From the NCBI GenBank assembly GCA_001600815.1, contig BCKZ01000015.1, positions 1-64,000 of the forward strand: 64,000 nt of DNA, written 5' to 3'. The first letter of the stretch is position 1, and each line of letters begins with the position of its first letter. The DNA is from Alloascoidea hylecoeti (Eukaryota). The notes under the pieces were generated by a model. That model was not told where the DNA came from and made no database searches. It saw only the letters and a list, made by a program, of their open reading frames with translations. Below, piece by piece: positions 58,849 through 64,000 of this stretch. The translations under genes were made by a program, and so were the position numbers.

Positions 58849-61800
58849 TTATATTTTTCCTTTTTTGGGATATCTAATTCTCTGGGTCTTGCGTCTCGGC
58901 TCTGTGGTGCAATGGATAAAATACGCTATTCACACATGTAAATTTTTTGTTATTTGTTAGGGGTTTTTAGTGGGTATCGCTTAAAGTTGAGTCCCACACC
59001 AATGAAAAAAAAACGATTCTCTTGAGTGAGAACATTCAGTGGTAATTTCCCAATGGAACTAGCGCCATCAAGAAAGTCAAAAAAAAGAAATAGAAATTTC
59101 AACTCTTCAAAAGTAGGCGATTAATCATCTACCAAATCAGAATTTGTTAAACTCACAGGCATTTGATATGAGGGTGAAGATAAATAATAAGTAGTTTTGT
59201 ATTGACTGAATTGTTTGATTGATTTTTCCTATGAAGGGAAAAATCGTTCTTTATATCCGTATATGTTAGCTTTTTTCTTTATCTATCTATATGTAAAAAT
59301 AAAGAATATCAAATAAAGACAAAGATATAAAAATAAACATAGAATTATCTCAAACAATGGTTTGATTCTTTCATCGATGTGATGGCCTTGACGTATTATT
59401 TATCTGTCACTATTGAAGTTAGTGTTTCTAACATTCTCACACATGATATAAACATTTAAATACAAAACAAATATTAAAGATCACCTGTCAATGGAAACAG
59501 TTAAGAGTGCTGATTTCCCCATTCTCTCGAAATTGAATTACTAATGGAAATTTTCGCTATAGTTCAAAATTCAGCAAAATGAGATATTGACAAAATTCAA
59601 AAAGAACTTTTTTTGCTCGAAATAATTAATTGATTTAGATACTATTTAAACACTCGAAGAACGGTATGGTATGTGCATGCTAATGAACATCAAAAAGGGT
59701 TAAATTCTAATTTATTTGCTCCCTGATTTATTACTTAAAGAAAGCCAACCAGGAATACTAATAAATTAAAGAGCAATCTTTTTGCGAAGATCAAATAGAG
59801 AATATCATTTTCCATACTACTGGTATTATCTAATACGTGGATTCAGCAGAAACATCATAAGTTACTAAACTTACCAATAAATCCACCAGAGTCACATCAA
59901 TAACGAAAGATGGAGCGCTTATACTTTTGATAATCTCATCAAAAAATGAAAATAACTAAATTTGGAAAAAATTGGACATTCCGTTAGATACTAGTCTGGC
60001 ATTCCAACCTTCAACCTCTTTCTTTTTTCTCCCAAATCGTTATAACTCTAAAATACATATCAACAAATATACAGGTGTAATTGAAATTAAAAAATCTGTA
60101 GAAAGATTCCTGCTGAGCAATTCAACCCCGAGACACTTCACTGAAGCCGATAAAATTTGAATGTGGAGTATAAGAAACAATTTTGAGCTATCAACTTCGG
60201 AAATACCCTATAAGATCTCTCTTCACAGCATAGAACCAAATTTCTGCTCCAAAATTATATCTTGAATGTCGAGAAGGAGGTGAATGAACTATTAAACTAT
60301 GGAGGTGGCAATATAGCATTGCATCAACCGAATTTAAAATATGTTGTTCGTTATATATTTCAAAATAAATGAAAGAGGAGAGAAGAAAAAATTCAAAGTA
60401 TCTTATACCTCAAACCTGGTATTGAAACAGAAAATAAATCTAGTATAACTTATACGTAGTTGTAATTGGAAGATTATTAATTAAGCAAATGATATAGAAT
60501 ATATATAAATTATAGGTGTTTTTTCTGTTAACATTACCACTACATAATACATATTCACCGTTGAAAGACTTAGATCCCTACAATATTCAAACTAGAAATG
60601 TTAATTATAATAGATTTCTTTTCGAACGGGAAATTAAGGTGCCAATTCATCTACTCTAGATTTATTGGATGATTTTTTAGTGGTGGTGTGAGATTTGGAG
60701 GTTACTTGGTCAAGGTGATAGGAATGGCTACTACATGTATATTAAAACTGCAGAAAAGATGAATATTAAAAGCAAGGACATAGCACGCATAATATCGTTC
60801 TTGCGGGTGTTACAATATTGGGAAGGGTAAGGTATGAAAAAGCTTATTCCATAAAAAATGATTTGGAAGAGATCTTCTACATAACTTATTTACAACATAG
60901 CCGATTATATTATAATCATAAATTACGGTCTAAAAAATATGTTAAATTTTATTAATTAATTATGTAAGTAATTTTCTAAAGTACTTCACAAACTTCACAT
61001 CTTAAATTTGGGTTATTGCGATATAAATATTTGTCATATATCCATACTTATATATAATTATACTATGTATAGCTAGCGCTAAAGATATCTCTCCAAAATC
61101 AAATTTCCAAATATAATTGTTAGAATTAAATGTATAATGTTTATATTATATATACCGGTATGACATATATCTTCATTTCTAATAAAAATTTATATTGCAA
61201 TAATATATATTGTGCATTCAATATTTCCGAAATTCCTTAAATTTTACAATTAATATTATAATTTACAAGATTGAACACTATATGTTATAATTCGAGACTT
61301 AGTAAAATCCAAATTATCCAATTGAGTCAACGTCGGGGCAGTTCGGAATTTCTGCTGTTTGTAATAAATTATAATTATAGCCAAATTTCCCTATAGGAAT
61401 AGGAATTATTAGGAATCAAATAATATTCAAATTCAAATTTTTTTAATACAGTATTGCAATTGGTGTACTCAGTGCTACTCTGTACTAATATTGTAACTTT
61501 AACCGCATAAGGAAAGTGGGGAAACTATATTTCTATTAGAAATAGATGTAGTTAATGTTTAAATTTTCAATTTCACATATAAGCTTATATTTATGTTCAG
61601 CCATAGCTTTAAATCTTTTGTAATTATTAGTCTCCCTTTAAATTTACTCTATAGCTATACCATACGTTTTCACAATATTAATGCATACATATATACCAGT
61701 GTATTATGGCTAGCTATAAGGTAATAGTTAGCGAGGTTGTATTATATTAATTATATATACTTATAGATCTCGATCACGATAGTTTTGATAGCTTCATGAA

Positions 61801-62085
61801 TCATGATCTACTGGGTGATTATAATTTAGAAAAACAGATCTAGATATGTCATATCTAATTATTTGTGAATAAGTATTAAGCAATATTAGTATATTAAATT
61901 TTCAACTGCAGTAGAATCGAGAGGACCAATATTAATCAATAACAGAAACAAAATTATTAATGACATCCAATATTAATCATAAAAATAAAATATTCATATA
62001 ATCGATATATAATTATAAGGGTGTGCTAGTATATATAAGTCCTAAATTATCGATTTTCTTTTCAGTAATTATAACTACATTAATC

Positions 62086-62925
62086 ATGAATTCAGACTTA
62101 GAACCAGGATCTCTGGCTAGCTCTAGATCTAGTAATGGTTCAAAACAACAGCAACTCCAACAAGTAGAGAATACTGGTGATCTTGGTTTGACTCATATTA
62201 AAACAGAAGGCCCCGACAATGAGTTTATTTATCTTGGAAATCATAAATACCGAAGAGAAGAGTTGGCTCATGCTTTTGGTGGGACTTTGGTTCCTGGAAT
62301 ACAAGAGAAATCTGCCTATCAATTTGGTAACTCGGTTCCTTTGGGCCTTTGTGCTTATTCAATTTCTGCGATTGTCCTTTGTTTGGTTAATGTCAATGCT
62401 AGATCTGTATCAACACCAAATATAATGGTTGGTCTAGGGTTTTTCTATTCAGGTGTTGTAATGTTTTCATGTGCCATGTGGCAATTTGCTTGCAATAATA
62501 CTTTTGGTGCAACTGTTCTTGGATCATTTTGTGGTTTTTGGTTATCTTATTCAGCTATTTTAACCCCTGCTTTCGGAATACAAGATGCTTATGAAACAAC
62601 AGAAGAGTTCAATAATGCTCTTGGCTTTTACTTATTATGCTGGACTTTTTTTGTATTTATGATAACTTTAACAACTTTGAAATCTACTTGGGTTTTCTTT
62701 ATATTTTTCATCTTTGTTGACTTATTATTCTTACTATTAACCATATCTGCTTTTATTGGAAGCTTAAAAGTGCAAAAAGCTGCTGGGGTTTTCGGTATTT
62801 TATCTGGATTTTTAGGCTTCTATATTGCATATGCTGGAATTGCAGATCCACAGAATTCATATTTTGTTCCTCATCCGATTGGTATGCCAGATGGTGATCG
62901 GATTTTGTTTTCTAGGAAACATTAA
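62086..62925 (+). CDS. Gpr1/Fun34/YaaH (Ato/Ady2) family acetate/ammonium transporter
   Basis: AFGGTL motif, FGNSVPLGLCAY (family signature NPAPLGL), NTFGATVLGSFCGFWLSY, several hydrophobic transmembrane segments and NSY near the C-terminus. First ATG at 62086. Confidence 0.92.
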   Translation: MNSDLEPGSLASSRSSNGSKQQQLQQVENTGDLGLTHIKTEGPDNEFIYLGNHKYRREELAHAFGGTLVPGIQEKSAYQFGNSVPLGLCAYSISAIVLCLVNVNARSVSTPNIMVGLGFFYSGVVMFSCAMWQFACNNTFGATVLGSFCGFWLSYSAILTPAFGIQDAYETTEEFNNALGFYLLCWTFFVFMITLTTLKSTWVFFIFFIFVDLLFLLLTISAFIGSLKVQKAAGVFGILSGFLGFYIAYAGIADPQNSYFVPHPIGMPDGDRILFSRKH

Positions 62926-64000
62926 ATTAAATTAAAAAAGGGTATATCAGTAAAAACCGTTTATAAGTTATAAAGGTGTATACATATGCATATGGAGCAG
63001 GGGATACATGACTACCTATTATACTCCAATATTCTGATACGAGTTCTTAATATATGGTATATTTATCATGATATAATTATGAATCATTACAGTTGCCTCT
63101 TAAATTTCCTTCTACCTAAGCTTTTGTTTGCTTCCAATTGATTCACCTGGATATCCAAGTGGTCCTAATTAATAGAATTGTATTATATGCAGTATATCTA
63201 TCTAGCTTTAATTTACTGAAGACTGAAGAATACCGAATAATCGTGCCCCGCACTAAGGGATGTGACGAAACTATTATAACAGTAATGTAACACAATTAAA
63301 TATTAAACAACATCTAAACGGATTTAGAAAGAGAATGCAAATCCCATTCTGTTTAAGTGTGTGTGGACTTCACAACATACAAGATATTCTTAGATACTCA
63401 TCACAATCAATGAAATTTGGAGCTTGTAAGGCCTTATAGAGATTTCTTTAGGACGTAGTCGTAGGTTTATAGACTAAATCAGCTTACAAAAGCAAAGTCA
63501 CAGTTATAACTTGAAGTTTAAGCTGAAGCTGAAGCGTTTTTGAATTAAGTTGACTGACTAGAACTTAAGCTTGGTATTCTACAGTTCTCATGATATAGCA
63601 CTAGCCAGGATAGCTAATAGCTATAATTAATAACTATAGATCTATTATTAGGTCATGTCTTATTCAGAAATTTAAGAGAGAGAAAAGGGATCTTTAACTT
63701 GGATTCAGATCTATGTATACATGTTAAAATAGTTTATAACTTTATATATCTAGATTTTTTTCTATTTTATAATTCTTCTAAATGAGCTGAGAGGCCAAGA
63801 ATTTTTACAATTTTCTAAATTATAAAATTGTGTAAGCACTTCTATCTAAGATTTCACTTATATTTAACCAGAAATATGGCTTTAAACGTCTAGATCTCAC
63901 AAAATGCAACAATTTTTTTAAGCATGGAAGAAAACGCAGGTACATTATACGAAATATAAGCTTAAAATTAACGTCTTAAAACTTATGATTGGATACCTAC

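Noticed and set aside
58898..59000. GGCTCTGTGGTGCAATGGATA resembles a tRNA 5' end with an A box, just downstream of tRNA-Leu
   Set aside because: No convincing anticodon stem, no GTTCRA B box, no matching acceptor 3' strand, and an internal T6 tract; at most a fragment.

Overview
AT-rich, intron-bearing fungal genomic DNA from a yeast-like ascomycete using the standard code (conserved Leu positions are encoded by CTG). Conserved genes: EDE1, ATG1, a GH76 DCW1/DFG5 mannanase, a Ppc89/Cep57-like spindle-pole protein, EGH1-type GH5 sterylglucosidase, a 123-aa tropomyosin, two fungal transcription factors, a SAK1-type kinase, a TBC Rab-GAP, an oxidoreductase-like (UPF0651) protein, DPM3, an ATO/GPR1 transporter and tRNA-Leu(UAA). 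Interspersed accessory DNA: a secreted class-3 lipase-like gene (partial), three dispersed F-box/WD40 paralogues (one intact, two decayed), three EXG1-like GH5 glucanases, decayed gene relics and degenerate repeats. The most notable structures are (1) a head-to-tail stack of 5'-truncated non-LTR retrotransposon ends, two of them poly(A)-tailed, just upstream of the tRNA gene, (2) two near-identical glucanase genes forming a ~1.2 kb inverted repeat around a 5.5 kb three-gene block and differing mainly in active-site loops, and (3) a transcription factor whose Zn2Cys6 cluster is missing exactly at an intron. All calls come from manual reading; no database searches were run.
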